Notes: a model not told the origin generated them from the letters alone. A DNA stretch of 64,000 bases from Flavobacteriaceae bacterium (GCA_024640565.1 JAHEET010000001.1:308882-372881), one strand, 5' to 3'; counted from the stretch's first letter, positions 21,813-32,242 are shown. Numbers and translations are program-made.

Positions 21813-23912
21813 TTAGGAATCTAATTTATTTTCCAAGGCCAAAATAAAGGTATATTCTTTGGCAGTATCTTTCAAAGCATCGAAACGACCTGAGGCGCCA
21901 CCATGACCGACTTCCATATTCGTATCTAAAAACAACACGTTTGTATCGGTTTTTAATTCACGAAGTTTGGCAACCCACTTTGCAGGCTCCCAATATTGCA
22001 CTTGAGAATCGAAGTATCCGGTAGTGACCAACATATTTGGATAGGCTTTGGCGGTAACTTGGTCATACGGTGAGTAAGATTTTATATACGCATAGTATTC
22101 TTTATCATTTGGATTTCCCCACTCGTCATACTCCCCAGTGGTTAATGGAATGCTTTCGTCCAACATGGTAGATACAACATCTACAAATGGGACAGCAGCA
22201 ATAATACCGTTGTACAGTTCTGGGTTCATATTTACAATTGCCCCCATTAACAGCCCCCCTGCTGAGCCTCCCATAGCATACAAATGCGCTGCAGAAGTAT
22301 ACTTGTTTTCAATTAGATATTTGGAACAGTCAATAAAATCTGTAAACGTATTTTTCTTCGTCAGCATTTTACCCTCTTCATACCATGTTCTTCCAAGGTA
22401 CTGACCTCCTCTAATATGTGCCAACGCAAAAACAAATCCTCGATCCAACAAACTCAATCTTGTTGAAGAAAAACCGTCAGAAATTGTATATCCATATGCG
22501 CCATAAGCATATTGCATAAGCGGGGTATTTTCATTGAGTTCGGTATCTTTGTGATGCACCAATGATATGGCAACCTTTTTTCCATCCCTAGCTGTTGCCC
22601 AAACACGTTTGCTGATATAATTTTCTTTCTGAAATTTCCCACCCAAAACAGCTTGTTCCTTTTTAATTTCTTTTGTTTTGTCTGTCATATTGAAATCAAT
22701 TACAGAGGCTGGTGTGGTCATCGAATTGTAAGAATAGCGAATCCTATCAGTATCAAATTCTGGGTTTGCATATACGCCTACTGAATAAGTTTCTTCAGAA
22801 AAAGGCAAATAATAATCTTCACGAAGGTCCCAACGTCGAATTCTAATTGTGTTCAAACCATTGTTTCGTTCCTCTAAAATGAGGTATTCTTTAAAGATGG
22901 AAAAATCTTCCAACAAAGTATCCGATCTGTGCGGAATGACATCTACCCAATGTTCCTTTTCTGTTTGATTTACGGAGGTTTTCATCAACTTAAAGTTGAT
23001 GGCGTTGTCTTTGTTGGTCAGCAAGTAAAAGTCATTTTCGAAATGAGAAACACTGTACTCTAGACCTTTTTCTCTGGCTTGCAACATTTGAAAGCTTCCC
23101 GTTGGATTGTCTGCCTCCAAAAACTGAGTTTCTGTAGAAAGGGTACTGTAGGATCCAATAATAATGTATTTGTTTGACTTCGTTTTGGAGACATAAGTTC
23201 CAAAAGTATCTTCTTTTTCATGATACACCTCAATATCTTCGGAGGAAGATGTGCCAAGAACATGTCTAAAAATCTTTTCACTTCGTAGTGTCACAGGGTC
23301 TTTTTTTGTGTAAAAAAGAGTTCGATTATCATTTGCCCAAACAGCACTTCCAGTAGTATTTTCTATAAGATCATCATAAATCTCACCTGTTTCTAAGTTC
23401 TTTATTCTTAGGGTATATTGTCTTCTACTAACAGTATCTGTTGCAAAAACGACCAGTTTGTTGTTTTCAGAAATAGTCAAACCGCCTAATTGATAATAGT
23501 CAAATCCAACAGCCATTTCATTGACATCAAACAAAATTTCTTCTTTGGCTTCTAAACTTTCTTTTTTTCTGCTGAAAATAGGATATTGCTTACCTGTTTC
23601 ATAGCGCGTAATGTAAAAATAACCATTGTCTTTGTAGGGAACAGAAGCATCATCTTCTTTTATTCGACCTTTCATTTCTTGAAACAAGGTTTCTTGAAAA
23701 TCTTTTGTAGGAGCAGTACTCTCCTTATAGTACTCATTTTCAGCGTGTAAATAATCAAGAACATTCGTTGTTTGATCGTCTTTTTCTGCTGCCAATTTTT
23801 GAGCATCCGACAAACGCATCCAAAAATAATTATCAATTCTTACGTCGCCGTGTTTTTCTAATCTTGTTGGTTTTTTGACTGCTTTTGGAGCTATTAATGA
23901 TTTCCTTTTCAT
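21813..23912 (-). CDS. ptrB: Oligopeptidase B (S9A)
   Basis: HGDVRIDNYFW, GGSAGG nucleophile, DSQVQYWEP, GHGG. Confidence 0.95.
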   Translation of the reverse strand: MKRKSLIAPKAVKKPTRLEKHGDVRIDNYFWMRLSDAQKLAAEKDDQTTNVLDYLHAENEYYKESTAPTKDFQETLFQEMKGRIKEDDASVPYKDNGYFYITRYETGKQYPIFSRKKESLEAKEEILFDVNEMAVGFDYYQLGGLTISENNKLVVFATDTVSRRQYTLRIKNLETGEIYDDLIENTTGSAVWANDNRTLFYTKKDPVTLRSEKIFRHVLGTSSSEDIEVYHEKEDTFGTYVSKTKSNKYIIIGSYSTLSTETQFLEADNPTGSFQMLQAREKGLEYSVSHFENDFYLLTNKDNAINFKLMKTSVNQTEKEHWVDVIPHRSDTLLEDFSIFKEYLILEERNNGLNTIRIRRWDLREDYYLPFSEETYSVGVYANPEFDTDRIRYSYNSMTTPASVIDFNMTDKTKEIKKEQAVLGGKFQKENYISKRVWATARDGKKVAISLVHHKDTELNENTPLMQYAYGAYGYTISDGFSSTRLSLLDRGFVFALAHIRGGQYLGRTWYEEGKMLTKKNTFTDFIDCSKYLIENKYTSAAHLYAMGGSAGGLLMGAIVNMNPELYNGIIAAVPFVDVVSTMLDESIPLTTGEYDEWGNPNDKEYYAYIKSYSPYDQVTAKAYPNMLVTTGYFDSQVQYWEPAKWVAKLRELKTDTNVLFLDTNMEVGHGGASGRFDALKDTAKEYTFILALENKLDS

Positions 23913-24119
23913 CGAATCTGTTTTAGAACGTTGGCAAAAATAAGACTTAATAGCATAGCGAAAAGAAATATCTTGCTCCTTTTTCTAAAAGATGATTCCA
24001 TAAATTTTATTAAGTTTGTTTGCATGCACCATAAAAAATTGGAAATTGCTTCCCAAAAAGAAACAAGCGGCAATCGCAACAATAAAAACAGCTACAGGAT
24101 TTAATTAGGAAAATAAATA

Positions 24120-24431
24120 ATGATACAATACCTATATTTTGTAAGTTTAGAAGACTTTATGATTCCTTGTTTAAACAAGAAATTATTTGGCTTTGATTGT
24201 CCAGGTTGTGGTATACAACGGGCTATAGCATTTCTTTTTCAGGGCGATTTTATAGCCGCCTTTAAAATGTATCCTGCCATATACACACTACTATTCTTTG
24301 GTGGTTTCATTTTATTGAACAGGAAAATGAACTTTAAACATGCTCAGCGAATTATTCTTATATTGGCAGTCTTAAATGTTTTTATAATACTAGGAAGCTA
24401 TATCATAAAAATGAATTTACAAATTAACTAA
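24120..24431 (+). CDS. DUF2752-like membrane protein
   Basis: PC...GFDCPGCGIQRA motif plus hydrophobic C-terminus. Confidence 0.85.
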   Translation: MIQYLYFVSLEDFMIPCLNKKLFGFDCPGCGIQRAIAFLFQGDFIAAFKMYPAIYTLLFFGGFILLNRKMNFKHAQRIILILAVLNVFIILGSYIIKMNLQIN

Positions 24432-24443
24432 CCCAAAAACGAA

Positions 24444-24761
24444 ATGGAAAAACACACATTACCAAATTCAACCGGAATACTTGTATTAGGAATTTTATCA
24501 ATCATCACTTGTTGTTGTTATGGTGTTGTCGGATTAGTGCTTGGGATTGTTGCGCTTGTTATGGCAAAAAAAGCAACGAACCTATACAAAGAAGCTCCAG
24601 AGAACTATACGGGTTATTCTAATGTAAAAGCAGGAAAAGTCCTTGCTATTATTGGTCTTGTACTCAATGTATTAATGCTTCTTTATATGATTTTTATTCT
24701 TATTTTCATTGGTATGGAAGGATTTCAAGACCCAGCAGTGTTTGAACAATTGTTTCGCTAA
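24444..24761 (+). CDS. CCC-motif membrane protein
   Basis: LPNSTGILVLGILSIITCCCYG; two TM segments. Confidence 0.85.
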   Translation: MEKHTLPNSTGILVLGILSIITCCCYGVVGLVLGIVALVMAKKATNLYKEAPENYTGYSNVKAGKVLAIIGLVLNVLMLLYMIFILIFIGMEGFQDPAVFEQLFR

Positions 24762-24778
24762 CTGTATTCAAATACATG

Positions 24779-24809
24779 AAAAAAGGAGCGCAAATATCGC
24801 TCCTTTTTT
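24779..24809. terminator. Bidirectional terminator between convergent genes
   Basis: AAAAAAGGAGCG-CAAATAT-CGCTCCTTTTTT. Confidence 0.88.
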
Positions 24810-24828
24810 TGTAAAAATACATGTATTC

Positions 24829-26109
24829 TTATTTCTTAAATTCAGTAATTGTTTTTTTAATAATCGAAATACAATCCCTTAGTTCTGCTTCTGTCATTAC
24901 CAAAGGCGGCGCAAAACGAATGATATTCCCATGCGTTGGCTTTGCTAACAATCCGTTGTCACGCAACTTCATACATATATCCCAAGCCGTGGTACTATCT
25001 TCGGTATCATTGATTAATATTGCATTCAACAGCCCTTTACCTCTGACCGATTTTACCAATTCGTTTTCAGATACAAATTGTGACAATTCTGCTCTAAAAA
25101 TTTTACCCAATCGATCTGCGTTTTCAGCTAAATCTTCCTCTTTCACAACTTCGAGTGCTGCAATAGCCACTGCTGCCGCAATTGGATTACCTCCATAAGT
25201 AGAACCGTGATTTCCTGGCTGAATGACATTCATAATTGCATCATTTGCCAAGACTGCAGAAACTGGATATGCGCCACCACTTAAAGCTTTTCCAAGGATT
25301 AGGATATCTGCTTTAGTTTCTGGAGTTCCTTCACAATTCTTCGTTGGACAGGTACAATTTCCACATGTAGCCAACAAACGTCCAGTTCTTGCAATTCCTG
25401 TTTGTACTTCATCGGCAATAAATAGCACTTTGTATTTTTCACACAATGCTTTTGCTGCCGCTAAATATCCATCAGAAGGTACATATACTCCTGCTTCACC
25501 TTGAATAGGTTCTACTAGAAAACCAGCAATATTTGCATTGGCTTTCAAAGCCGCTTCCAATGCTGTTAGGTTGTCATATTCAATTTTTATAAATCCGTTT
25601 GTAAACGGTCCAAAATTCTTTCGTGCAACCGGATCATTTGAAAAAGAGATGATGGTGGTTGTTCTCCCATGAAAATTATTTTCGCAAACAATAATTTGCG
25701 CTTCATTTTCAGGAATTCCTTTTACTTCATAAGCCCATTTTCTACAAATTTTCAAAGCAGTCTCTACCGCTTCTGCCCCTGTATTCATTGGAAGTAATTT
25801 GTCAAAACCAAAAAGTTCCGTTGCAAATTTCTCATAGGTTCCAAGCAGGTCATTATAAAATGCTCTTGAAGTTAAACTCAATGTTTTCGCCTGATGAACC
25901 ATTGCATCCACAATTTTCGGATGACAATGTCCTTGGTTTACTGCGGAGTAAGCGGAGAGAAAATCGTAATATTTCTTTCCTTCTACATCCCACACATACA
26001 CCCCATCACCTTTGCGCAATACTACGGGAAGTGGATGATAGTTGTGTGCACCGTACTTGCCTTCTAAATCGATCGCTTTTTGCGACGTAAGTTGTTCTAA
26101 AACAGCCAT
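24829..26109 (-). CDS. rocD: Ornithine--oxo-acid transaminase
   Basis: [38 protein letters not shown] (PLP Lys). Confidence 0.96.
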   Translation of the reverse strand: MAVLEQLTSQKAIDLEGKYGAHNYHPLPVVLRKGDGVYVWDVEGKKYYDFLSAYSAVNQGHCHPKIVDAMVHQAKTLSLTSRAFYNDLLGTYEKFATELFGFDKLLPMNTGAEAVETALKICRKWAYEVKGIPENEAQIIVCENNFHGRTTTIISFSNDPVARKNFGPFTNGFIKIEYDNLTALEAALKANANIAGFLVEPIQGEAGVYVPSDGYLAAAKALCEKYKVLFIADEVQTGIARTGRLLATCGNCTCPTKNCEGTPETKADILILGKALSGGAYPVSAVLANDAIMNVIQPGNHGSTYGGNPIAAAVAIAALEVVKEEDLAENADRLGKIFRAELSQFVSENELVKSVRGKGLLNAILINDTEDSTTAWDICMKLRDNGLLAKPTHGNIIRFAPPLVMTEAELRDCISIIKKTITEFKK

Positions 26110-26225
26110 TTTTTAAACTTTTAAATGTTTATAATATTATAACCATTCCTGTTCTACCTTTATCCTTTCGAAGTTTCGAAAATTCAGCGTGGGAAAGAAA
26201 TCATCCCCGAAGTAGTACAAAAGTA
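26110..26225 (-). promoter_or_regulatory. rocD promoter (-7 TACTTTTG at 26225-26218) and ~100-nt structured 5' leader
   Basis: Minus-strand hairpins GGGGA-TGATTTCT-TTCCC and TTTCGA-AACT-TCGAAA; perfect palindrome TTATAATATTATAA at 26129-42. Confidence 0.5.
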
Positions 26226-26459
26226 GCTAAAATAAATGAACTGTGTAATACTGAATTTTACCAAAGATGTATTTGGCAGGGTTGGCCTTTTTGATCTGCC
26301 ATTTTTTCAATCTCAAAAGTGGAAACTACCACAATCACATGCATAAAAAAAGAAGTGCTTGCCAAAATAGTTGCTTTTAAAGGATTGATAGTTTTTCTAA
26401 ACAGGTAAAGGCATTATCAATAAGTTTGCTTAATATTGCAATCCAATAAATGATAGAGA

Positions 26460-27911
26460 ATGCCGCGTAGAGAACGAAATAAGTTTGTAAAAAAAAATCA
26501 AGTTTTAGAGTTAAAAATTGAAGCCTATGCTTTTGGAGGAAAGGGAATTGCAAAAATTCGCAGTGAAGCGGGAGATTTCGTAGTTTTTGTCCCCAATACC
26601 TTGCCCGGTCAATTGGTGAAAGTTCAGATAAGCAAATCAAGTAAAAATTATGCCGAAGCAAAACTAATTGATGTACTTACACCCTCAGAAGATGAAGTAG
26701 AAGTACCCTTTCAAGACATTCCTGGCGCTCCTTACATTCAGTTACCCATTGAATTGCAGCACCAATACAAAAAAGAAAGTACCCTTTCTTTATTCAAAAG
26801 GATTGGAAAAGTAACCAACATCGAAGATTTGTTTGATGAATTTGTAAGCTCACCAAATGTATTTCACTATCGAAATAAAATGGAATATGGTTTTTCTGCT
26901 ATCGGATACGATCGGGTTGCAAAAAGAGACAAAGACGAATTTACCTTAGGCTTCAAAAGACGTGGTGTTTGGTGGATGGGAGACAATTTAGACAAAGACT
27001 CTGGCTTGTTTGACAAGCAAATGGAAGACGAACTAAAGAACATCCGTGCCTATTGTATTGAAACGGGGTTGCCCCCTTGGCATGGCCCCAAGAAAGAAGG
27101 TTTCTTTCGCTACTTTGTGGTACGAAAATCTTTCAAAACCAATGAGTTACTGTGTAACTTAGTTACTACCTCTGAAGCTTTAGATCAATTTGATTTGCAA
27201 AAGTTTGCCACTTTCTTAAAAGGTATTTTTGGAGAACGTTTGGCCGGTTTGTTGCATACAATTAATGATGAAACTGGAGACCGAACAATCGCCACTTCTG
27301 GTCGTATTAATTTGGTATACGGAAAAGATAAAATTGTAGAAGAACTGCTTGGATTGAACTTTGAAATTAGCATGAAAAGTTTCTTTCAAACAAATCCAAA
27401 GTGTGCAGAAAAACTATATCATAAAGTAGTAGAATACGTTTTAGAAGATCAAACAAAAGTAGACAATACCATCGTCATGGACTTGTTTTGTGGGACGGGT
27501 ACCATTGGCCAAATTGTGGCTTCAAAAAGTAAAAATGCTAAAATAGTTGGAGTAGATATTGTCGCTTCAGCCATTGAAGATGCTAAAAAAAATGCCCAAA
27601 GAAACCACATAGAAGGCTTGCAGTTTTATGCTGCTGATGTTGGGAAATTTTTAGTTGCGCATCCCGAATACAAAAACAAAATAAAAACAATTATTTTAGA
27701 TCCTGCTAGAGCTGGAATTGCGCGCAAAACATTACAAAAGATCATTGCATTGAATGCAAATCGAATGGTCTATGTATCTTGCAACCCTGCGACACAAGCA
27801 AGAGATACCGAATTGCTAAGAGCAGCTGGATATCAAATTAAAAAAATGAGTTTGGTAGATCAATTTCCTCACACTGCGCACATCGAAACGGTAGTATTGT
27901 TTGAAAAATAA
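26460..27911 (+). CDS. rlmD: 23S rRNA m5U methyltransferase RlmD (TRAM + methyltransferase)
   Basis: TRAM N-terminus, YRNKMEY, SFFQTN, DLFCGTG, LDPARAG, YVSCNPAT, DQFPHTAHIE. Confidence 0.93.
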   Translation: MPRRERNKFVKKNQVLELKIEAYAFGGKGIAKIRSEAGDFVVFVPNTLPGQLVKVQISKSSKNYAEAKLIDVLTPSEDEVEVPFQDIPGAPYIQLPIELQHQYKKESTLSLFKRIGKVTNIEDLFDEFVSSPNVFHYRNKMEYGFSAIGYDRVAKRDKDEFTLGFKRRGVWWMGDNLDKDSGLFDKQMEDELKNIRAYCIETGLPPWHGPKKEGFFRYFVVRKSFKTNELLCNLVTTSEALDQFDLQKFATFLKGIFGERLAGLLHTINDETGDRTIATSGRINLVYGKDKIVEELLGLNFEISMKSFFQTNPKCAEKLYHKVVEYVLEDQTKVDNTIVMDLFCGTGTIGQIVASKSKNAKIVGVDIVASAIEDAKKNAQRNHIEGLQFYAADVGKFLVAHPEYKNKIKTIILDPARAGIARKTLQKIIALNANRMVYVSCNPATQARDTELLRAAGYQIKKMSLVDQFPHTAHIETVVLFEK

Positions 27912-28017
27912 GAAGAGAGATCATTATTTAGAAGGAATTAACACTTTTTCCTGAAAATGATGATATTTTAGCAAGACAAAAAAAACACTTAGATTGAAAA
28001 CTATAAAGTTTACCAAA

Positions 28018-28308
28018 ATGGAAAGATTAACCGAAAAGGAAATAGCCGAAAAATTAGCTTCATTAAACGATTGGGATTATTATGACAATGCACTGCATAC
28101 CGATTTTGAATTTGACAATTTCAAAGATTGTATGTCTGCCATGAATCGAATCGCGTTTGAATGTGAGGCATTGAATCATCATCCAGAATGGACCAATGTA
28201 TACAATACGTTGGACATTAAACTAACTACACATGATGCAGACGGAGTAACTGCCTTGGACTTTCAACTGGCAACCTTGATCAATCAAATTGTAGAAGTAG
28301 AAGAATAG
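28018..28308 (+). CDS. Pterin-4-alpha-carbinolamine dehydratase
   Basis: NHHPEWTNVYN and LTTHDADG motifs. Confidence 0.92.
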   Translation: MERLTEKEIAEKLASLNDWDYYDNALHTDFEFDNFKDCMSAMNRIAFECEALNHHPEWTNVYNTLDIKLTTHDADGVTALDFQLATLINQIVEVEE

Positions 28309-28352
28309 CATTCTTATTGAGTATTTTTGAACCGTATTATGAATTCATTTTA

Positions 28353-28838
28353 ATGAAAAGAAGCATCCTCCTTTTGATCCTTTGTATGGCTATTTTTAAT
28401 CGCTGTGAGAAAGATGATTTTTGTACCAAAGATCCAGTAACTCCAAAATTAGTACTGCGATTTTACGATGCAAACGAACCAGGTCAATTAAAAAGAACCG
28501 AACGTTTGTCTATATGGGCTGCTGGAAAAGATACCATCCCTGCCTATAGAAGTGTTTCATTAGATAGCATTGCGATTCCATTAAATACCACCACCCTAGA
28601 AACTGTATATCATTTAAAAATAAATGATTTTGACGGCAGTATAGCCAACAATCAAATCGCTACACTTACCATACAGTATACTCCAGAGGAAGAATTTGTT
28701 TCAAGATCCTGTGGTTTTAGAGTCTTGTTTAACGATGTTCGTTTTTCAACAGATACGAATTGGATTCAGGACTTCACACCTGCTACCCTCTCAACAATAG
28801 ACAATCAAAACACAGCGCATGTTCAGATATTCCATTAG
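28353..28838 (+). CDS. Conserved lipoprotein (DUF6452-like)
   Basis: Signal peptide then CEKDDFC...TPKL; FVSRSCGF. Confidence 0.75.
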   Translation: MKRSILLLILCMAIFNRCEKDDFCTKDPVTPKLVLRFYDANEPGQLKRTERLSIWAAGKDTIPAYRSVSLDSIAIPLNTTTLETVYHLKINDFDGSIANNQIATLTIQYTPEEEFVSRSCGFRVLFNDVRFSTDTNWIQDFTPATLSTIDNQNTAHVQIFH

Positions 28839-29523
28839 TTCTATTTTCTTGTTGATTTGTTCGCTTGGGTTCGCTCAAGAAAAAGCAATGGAGTTTCCCG
28901 AAGTAGAAACAGATTCTACCGTTTACAAAACTGCCTACGGACTTCGCGTTGGTGCAGATATTAGCAAACCCATATTGGCAATTTTTAATGGAAATTATAC
29001 GGGTGTTGAATTGGTGGCCAATTATCGCATTGGTAAAAAAATATACCTAGCCACAGAAATAGGCTTTGAAGAAAAAACTTCCATTGAAGATTATTCCAAT
29101 TCCACTTCCAAAGGAAGTTATATTCGAATAGGCTTCAACTACAATGCTTATGACAACTGGTTAGATATGAACAATGAAATCTTTACAGGAGTTCGCTACG
29201 GGCTGGCCCTATTCGATCAAACCTTAAACAGCTATACACCCAATGTAAATTCACTTTATTTTCCATCAGTGCCTATAAATGCATCAATTACAGCACCAGA
29301 CTTAACAGCGCATTGGACCGAGTTTTTAGTAGGAATAAAAGTAGAAACTTTGCGGAACTTGTTTGTAAGTACAAGTATTTCTTACAAAATAGCATTCGCT
29401 GTAGATGATCAAGAAAATTTTAAAACACTTTTTGCTCCTGGATTGGGTAGAGTTTATGAAAGCGGAACCGGTTTTGGCTTTAACTATACGATCTCTTACT
29501 TAATTCCGTTCACGAAAAAATAA
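28819..29523 (+). CDS. Outer-membrane beta-barrel-like protein (DUF6048-like)
   Basis: Signal peptide, YGLRVGADISK, alternating aromatic strands, terminal YLIPF. Confidence 0.72.
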   Translation: MFRYSISSIFLLICSLGFAQEKAMEFPEVETDSTVYKTAYGLRVGADISKPILAIFNGNYTGVELVANYRIGKKIYLATEIGFEEKTSIEDYSNSTSKGSYIRIGFNYNAYDNWLDMNNEIFTGVRYGLALFDQTLNSYTPNVNSLYFPSVPINASITAPDLTAHWTEFLVGIKVETLRNLFVSTSISYKIAFAVDDQENFKTLFAPGLGRVYESGTGFGFNYTISYLIPFTKK

Positions 29524-29579
29524 TTTCATTCCAGCTAATTTTTTGTAACTTTAAATTCTATTTTATTAAAACGAATACT

Positions 29580-30527
29580 ATGAATAAAATACCTAGCGTA
29601 AATTTAACCGACTTTCTATCTGATGATCCCGTAAAAAAAGAAAAATTCATCAATGAAATTGGTCATGCTTATGAAAACATTGGATTTGTAGCTTTAAAAG
29701 GACATTTTTTAGACGAAGCACTGGTTGAAAATCTATACCAAGAAGTTAAAAACTTTTTTGACTTGCCCGTCGCTGTAAAAGAAAAATATGAAATTCCCGG
29801 TATAGGAGGCCAAAGAGGATATGTTTCCTTTGGGAAAGAATCTGCCAAAGGGAGAAAAGAAGGAGATTTGAAAGAGTTTTGGCATTTTGGACAATATGTA
29901 GACAGCGCTTCCAAATATGCAGAAGAATACCCAGAGAACGTAATTGTAGAAGAGCTAGCACGTTTTAATGAAGTAGGCAAACAAGCTTACCAAATGTTAG
30001 AAAAAACAGCAAAATATGTACTGCGTTCCTTATCCCTGCACTTGGGCTTAGAAGAAACCTATTTTGACAACTTCATCAAAAATGGAAATAGCATCCTACG
30101 CCCCATACATTATCCACCAATAAAAACAGAGCCCAAAGGAGCCGAAAGAGCTGCCGCGCATGGAGACATTAACCTCATTACTTTATTAATGGGAGCACAA
30201 GGAAAAGGCTTGCAGGTTCAAAATCACAAAGGTGAATGGATTGATGCCGTTGCAGCGCCCGATGAGTTAATGATAAATGTTGGAGATATGTTGGCACGCC
30301 ATAGCAACAACAAATTAAAATCAACCATCCATAGAGTTACGAACCCACCAAAGGAAATGTGGGGAACATCCCGTTATTCGATTCCGTTTTTTATGCACCC
30401 CATATCTGCAATGAAATTGGATGTTCTAGAAAATTGTATTGACGAGGCAAATCCAAAGAAATACGAAGACATTACTGCTGGTGAATTTTTAAATGAGCGC
30501 TTAAAAGAATTAGGTTTAAAAAAATAA
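29580..30527 (+). CDS. Isopenicillin-N-synthase family 2OG-Fe(II) oxygenase
   Basis: LRPIHYPP, HGDIN, STIHRV, RYSIPFF (HxD...H...RxS). Confidence 0.92.
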   Translation: MNKIPSVNLTDFLSDDPVKKEKFINEIGHAYENIGFVALKGHFLDEALVENLYQEVKNFFDLPVAVKEKYEIPGIGGQRGYVSFGKESAKGRKEGDLKEFWHFGQYVDSASKYAEEYPENVIVEELARFNEVGKQAYQMLEKTAKYVLRSLSLHLGLEETYFDNFIKNGNSILRPIHYPPIKTEPKGAERAAAHGDINLITLLMGAQGKGLQVQNHKGEWIDAVAAPDELMINVGDMLARHSNNKLKSTIHRVTNPPKEMWGTSRYSIPFFMHPISAMKLDVLENCIDEANPKKYEDITAGEFLNERLKELGLKK

Positions 30528-30613
30528 CCCCTAGACTTTTTAGGAGTGGCCCAACTAAGCAATGCTTTGTAAACTCCTATTAAATTCTGAAACCAAATAC
30601 TACAAATTATAGA

Positions 30614-30937
30614 ATGGATCTCAAAGAACAACTTAAAAACTTATTTCCCGAGCATGAGGAATCCCCAGAACCTATAAAAGAAACCTCTACAATCTGGATG
30701 CAAGAAGCCCCTATTATTTGTAAATACGAAAAAAGAAAAGGAAAACCCATTACGATATTAGAAGGCTATACTGGGGCAACTGCTGATTTTAAAACCTTAG
30801 CAAAAGAGATTAAAACAAAACTGAGTGTTGGTGGAAGTTTTAAAGAGGATAAAATTATCATACAAGGAGACTACAGAGATAAAATAATGACCCTCCTAAT
30901 CAAAAAAGGGTTTAAAGTAAAACGCGTTGGCGGTTAA
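30614..30937 (+). CDS. SUI1/YciH family translation factor
   Basis: RKGKPITILEG, KLSVGGS, IIIQGDYRD. Confidence 0.92.
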   Translation: MDLKEQLKNLFPEHEESPEPIKETSTIWMQEAPIICKYEKRKGKPITILEGYTGATADFKTLAKEIKTKLSVGGSFKEDKIIIQGDYRDKIMTLLIKKGFKVKRVGG

Positions 30938-30946
30938 AGAAACAAT

Positions 30947-31816
30947 ATGGCTATACAGCAATCCGAATTAATTTTAAATGAAGATGGAAGTATCTATCAT
31001 CTGAACCTGAAACCAGGAGATATTGCAAAGGACATTCTCTTTGTAGGTGATCAAGAGCGTGTTGATAAAATTACCAAATGGTTTGATTCAATAGAATTTA
31101 CCACACAAAAAAGAGAATTTAAAACCACAACCGGAATTTACAAAGGAAAAAGAATTTCTGTGATATCAACAGGAATTGGACCCGACAATATTGACATTGT
31201 TATGAATGAATTGGATGCGATTGTAAACATCAATCTCGCAACAAGAGCATTGAAAGAAACCCATACCGCGTTAAATATTATTCGAATAGGAACTTCGGGA
31301 TCTTTGCAAAAAGACATTCCAGTAGATTCATTTTTAATGAGTACCCATGCCTTGGATTTAAACGGAATGCTTCACGCCTACCAAACAACTGCAATTTCAG
31401 ATACTGAACTCGCAACTGCCTTTGCAAAGCAGACCAATTGGAGTCCACATAAATCAGCTCCTTTGGTAATCAAAAACAGTCAAATACTTGAAAATATATT
31501 ATCCTCAGAAATTATTTATAAAGGGATGACCGCCACTGCCGGAGGCTTTTATGGTCCACAAGGTAGGGTGTTGCGATTAGCGCTTCAAGATCCTGATTTA
31601 AATGCTAAAATAGATTGCTTTCAACACAATGGGGTACGTGTAGCCAATCTAGAAATGGAAACTTCTGCCATCTATGGATTGTGCAAATTACTGGGTCACA
31701 ATGCTTGTTCAATGAATGCAATAATTGCCAACAGAGCCCTTGGCACTTTTAGTAAAGACTCCAACAAAGTAGTTGAAAATTTAATCGTATATACCTTAAA
31801 TAAATTGGTAGAATAA
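30947..31816 (+). CDS. Nucleoside (uridine-type) phosphorylase, PNP/UDP family 1
   Basis: SIYHLNL, VGDQERV, STGIGPDN, RIGTSG, FYGPQGR, NLEMET. Confidence 0.9.
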   Translation: MAIQQSELILNEDGSIYHLNLKPGDIAKDILFVGDQERVDKITKWFDSIEFTTQKREFKTTTGIYKGKRISVISTGIGPDNIDIVMNELDAIVNINLATRALKETHTALNIIRIGTSGSLQKDIPVDSFLMSTHALDLNGMLHAYQTTAISDTELATAFAKQTNWSPHKSAPLVIKNSQILENILSSEIIYKGMTATAGGFYGPQGRVLRLALQDPDLNAKIDCFQHNGVRVANLEMETSAIYGLCKLLGHNACSMNAIIANRALGTFSKDSNKVVENLIVYTLNKLVE

Positions 31817-32086
31817 AGAGTTTCTTTAACTCAAGCAAGCGTTTCAGAGCATACAAATGATGCTTGGAACCTCCGTTAAAAAAATGTTTTAAGCTTGATC
31901 ACATTCTGGATGATAGACATCAAAACAGCAAACCTACATTCAAAAATGATAGAGAATAACAGGATGGAAAGCGGAGCAACCCATCACCAAAACTTAAATA
32001 CAGACCTACAAAATAAAATGATTGTCTTTAACGTTATCAAAAAAAGGAAAAATTCTGTAGATTTTATAAAAAATATGTACATTTAG
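31817..32086 (+). pseudogene. Collapsed pseudogene of an ABC-type substrate-binding protein
   Basis: 5' remnant ASVSEHTNDAWNLR*KN resembles recalled GGVPEHFNYPWYLTLKN; 3' remnant QNKMIVFNVIKKRKNSVDFIKNMYI resembles that family's C-terminus; most of the middle is deleted. Confidence 0.55.
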
Positions 32087-32104
32087 CCTGTAAAACAAGT
32101 CCCC

Positions 32105-32242
32105 ATGAAAAAAACAATCTGTATTGTAATTTGTATTTTAGGAATTTTTTGCATGTCTTCATGCAGAAGCACTGCAAGTTCTTGCGGATTGGCAGACAAT
32201 ACGCCCAGTGAAACTCACACACAAGAAGTCAGTTTTAGTTAA
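32105..32242 (+). CDS. 45-aa small lipoprotein (absent from ORF track)
   Basis: MKKTICIVICILGIFCMSSC|RSTASSCGLADNTPSETHTQEVSFS; basic N-terminus, hydrophobic core, SSC lipobox; TACATTTA -7-like box upstream. Confidence 0.72.
   Translation: MKKTICIVICILGIFCMSSCRSTASSCGLADNTPSETHTQEVSFS

Noticed and set aside
26278-26292. 15-bp AGGGTTGGCCTTTTT repeated at 58962-58976
   Set aside because: A few 15-mer matches are expected by chance in 64 kb, more so with a T-run; flanks do not extend the match
26489-26497. A9/T9 runs in rlmD, msrA and the methyltransferase
   Set aside because: Ordinary Lys/Phe codon runs in AT-rich genes; no domain-boundary logic as in dnaX
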